NCBI GenBank assembly: GCA_965372715.1
Contig: CBDVDH010000037.1
Span: forward strand, 1 to 38,266
DNA from: an uncultured bacterium
GTDB lineage: Bacteria; B130-G9
Reading direction: 5' to 3'
DNA: 38,266 nt
The position numbers and the translations under genes were made by a program. Each line of letters starts with the position of its first letter. Position 1 is the stretch's first letter. The notes below the pieces were generated by a model. It was not told where the DNA came from, ran no database searches, and saw nothing but the letters and a program-made list of their open reading frames with translations. Of the stretch, positions 36,105 through 38,266 are shown in pieces.

Positions 36105-37217
36105 CTAGCGGCGCCGCCTCGCCATCGCCACAGTTTCGGTGGCTGCTGCCTCGGTCCCTGTCGCGATCATCTGCTGGAGCTCGTCGGGCCTCAATGAGGC
36201 AGACATCGCAGTCTGAAGAGAGATCGTTCTACTCTGATAAAGCCTGAACAGCGACTGGTTCAGCGTCTGCATCCCGTGCAGCTCCTGACCGGTCTGCATG
36301 ACGGAATAGATCTGGTGTATCTTGTCCTCACGGACGAGGTTGCGGATTGCGGGCGTTGGGATCATGACCTCGGTAGCAAGGCAGCGCCCCCGGCCGCTCA
36401 TATTCGGCAAAAGCGCCTGAACGATAACCCCCTGCAAGACAAAGGATAGCTGCGTCCGAACCTGCGGCTGCTGATGCGGCGGAAACACGTCTATGACGCG
36501 GTTGATTGTCTGGGCCGCGGAGTTGGTGTGCAGCGTCGCAAACGTAAGGTGACCCGTTTCTGAGATGATAAGGGCCGCAGCAATCGTCTCGATATCCCTC
36601 ATCTCACCGATCAGGATAACGTCGGGGTCCTGCCTGAGCACGTATTTGAGCGCGTTCGTAAAGCTCATCGTGTCCGCGCCGATTTCGCGCTGATTAACGA
36701 TGCAGTTCTTGTGTCTGTGCAAATACTCAATCGGGTCCTCGACTGTAACGATGTGCAGGTGCTTCTCCTCGTTGATCTTGTCGATGATCGAAGCCAGCGT
36801 CGTGCTCTTGCCGCTGCCAGTCGGCCCCGTGCACAGAATCAGCCCTTTAGGGATGTTCGGAAACTTCTCGACGACCTTCGGCAAGCCCAGCTCCGCAAAG
36901 CTGAGTATTTCCCAGGGGATCGTCCTGAATGCGGCCGCCACACCCCCTTTTTGAAGGAACACGTTGCCCCTGAACCTCGAAAGACCCTTTACGCCGAACG
37001 AAAGGTCAAGCTCCTTATCCTCCTCAAACCGGTGCTTCTGCGCATCGGTAAGCACCGAATAGGACAGCCGCTTGGTGTCCTTCGTCGTCATGACGGGGTA
37101 ATCCATTGGCTGAAGCAGACCATCAATGCGCATCTGAGGCGCAGTTCCACCGGTTAGATGGAGGTCCGTGGAACCCTTTTCGACCATTTGTGTCAAAAGC
37201 TGAGGAAGCGTAACCAA
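36105..37217 (-). CDS. pilT: Type IV pilus retraction ATPase PilT
   Basis: STDLHL, GPTGSGKSTT, EDPIE, RQDPD, ETGHL, AIRNLVRE, GMQT; TTG start with AGGAGG. Confidence 0.93.
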   Translation of the reverse strand: MVTLPQLLTQMVEKGSTDLHLTGGTAPQMRIDGLLQPMDYPVMTTKDTKRLSYSVLTDAQKHRFEEDKELDLSFGVKGLSRFRGNVFLQKGGVAAAFRTIPWEILSFAELGLPKVVEKFPNIPKGLILCTGPTGSGKSTTLASIIDKINEEKHLHIVTVEDPIEYLHRHKNCIVNQREIGADTMSFTNALKYVLRQDPDVILIGEMRDIETIAAALIISETGHLTFATLHTNSAAQTINRVIDVFPPHQQPQVRTQLSFVLQGVIVQALLPNMSGRGRCLATEVMIPTPAIRNLVREDKIHQIYSVMQTGQELHGMQTLNQSLFRLYQSRTISLQTAMSASLRPDELQQMIATGTEAAATETVAMARRRR

Positions 37218-37297
37218 GTCTTATCCTCCTTGCCTCAAGAGGCGATTAACCAAACCTTGCTCTCAATACAATACTACAGTTTGCAGTATAGCAATAC

Positions 37298-38218
37298 TCA
37301 GAAATCGAAGTCAAACGCAAAATCACACAAGCGCGAAAGCCCCTCCCGGCGGGAGTGCATCGCCCTCTTGTCCACCTGCAAAAGCCCATCAACCCCGAAC
37401 GCCTCGACCGTGAACGACGCCAAAACAGTCCCGAGCACCAGCGCGTCCTTGAGCGCCTCGTTCGCGCGCCAGTCTTTTTGCTTGTCGAGGTAGCCGAAGA
37501 AAGCCCCAGCGAACGAATCGCCCGCGCCGGTCGGGTCAACTACGTTGTGAGTCCCAAACGCTGGGAGCGCGAATGTCGCGTCCTTCGCGAAAAGGACCGA
37601 GCCATATTCTCCCCGCTTGCACACGACAATCGTGGGGCCCAACTCGAGGCACTTCGGCCCGGCGGCCCAGACGTTCGGCTCGTCGCAGAGCTGCCGCAGC
37701 TCGTCCTCGTTTATCGTCAGGATATCGACCTGCTTCAGCGCGTTCACGAGCGATTCCTTTTTGATGTTTATCCAGAGGTTCATCGTGTCCAGGCCGACGA
37801 GCCGTTTGCCGGGGCCCAAAGACATCAGCACGTCGCCCTGAAGGTCTGGGTCGATATTCGCCAAAAAAACTGTCTCGCACGCGCGGTATTTGTCCGGAAT
37901 CCTCGGCGAGAAATCGGCGAAGACGTTCAAATGCGTCGCAAGCGTCTCCCGATCGTTCATGTCGTCCGAATACTTGCCGGCCCAGCGGAACGTCTCCCCG
38001 AGCTCAACCACCAGACCCGACAGGTCGCTGTATTTGCCCAGGAAATCGATGTATTCCTGGCCAAAATCCTCGCCGACCACCGCGACGAGGTTGACATCCG
38101 TGAACTTCGACGCCGCTATCGAGAAATAGGTCGCCGACCCGCCAAGCTGCTCTTCACGCTTAGCCACGCGGGTCTCAACCGCGTCGAACGCAACTGAACC
38201 AACCACTGTTATCGCCAA
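37298..38218 (-). CDS. PfkB family carbohydrate/nucleoside kinase
   Basis: VVGSVAFD, LGGSA, NEDE, DPTGAGDSFAG; TTG start with GGAGG. Confidence 0.9.
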   Translation of the reverse strand: MAITVVGSVAFDAVETRVAKREEQLGGSATYFSIAASKFTDVNLVAVVGEDFGQEYIDFLGKYSDLSGLVVELGETFRWAGKYSDDMNDRETLATHLNVFADFSPRIPDKYRACETVFLANIDPDLQGDVLMSLGPGKRLVGLDTMNLWINIKKESLVNALKQVDILTINEDELRQLCDEPNVWAAGPKCLELGPTIVVCKRGEYGSVLFAKDATFALPAFGTHNVVDPTGAGDSFAGAFFGYLDKQKDWRANEALKDALVLGTVLASFTVEAFGVDGLLQVDKRAMHSRREGLSRLCDFAFDFDF

Positions 38219-38251
38219 GAGAATACCTCCCTAACAACGTTGTGTTGATGT

Positions 38252-38266
38252 GTAGGGGCGGCTCAC
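38252..38266. repeat. Start of a GTAG-type REP (truncated by window edge)
   Basis: GTAGGGGCGG as in the other copies. Confidence 0.45.

Noticed and set aside
36105-37217. pilT as part of the gsp cluster (retractile pseudopilus)
   Set aside because: About 10 kb from gspE, separated by unrelated genes on the opposite strand; more likely belongs to a type IV pilus system encoded elsewhere.
37355-38197. 280-aa plus-strand ORF and similar long antisense ORFs (7011..7727, 13539..14192, 25423..26019)
   Set aside because: Antisense shadows of well-supported genes, expected in GC-rich DNA.

Overview
GC-rich bacterial chromosomal window with no prophage, CRISPR or transposase; most genes are on the minus strand. 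Left to right it contains: (1) two equal-length (495 aa) divergent flagellins, each followed by its own FliS, with flaG between them, one behind a sigma28 promoter and the other behind a sigma54 promoter; (2) an apparent operon of a non-canonical tRNA with anticodon UUA (reads the UAA stop), an archaeal-type Glu-tRNA(Gln) amidotransferase subunit gatE with no gatD in the window, and an overlapping radical SAM/SPASM gene; (3) RNase P RNA; (4) a coupled HEPN-like / KGGVGR ParA-like ATPase / P-loop NTPase cassette, possibly a defence system; (5) a type II secretion cluster (gspE-F-G-H-I-J-K-L-M-C-D plus a lipoprotein) whose GspL-like protein carries an inserted MshEN module, preceded by an ECF sigma factor, a double zinc-finger anti-sigma and a TPR-OstA-like gene; (6) a secreted redoxin-like/Ig-repeat protein, fxsA, a frameshifted M1 metallopeptidase, pilT and a PfkB kinase. 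GTAG/GTGG REP-like palindromes occupy many intergenic spaces. The strongest candidate for an undescribed system is the tRNA(UUA)-gatE-radical SAM unit. All calls come from reading motifs by eye; no searches were run.
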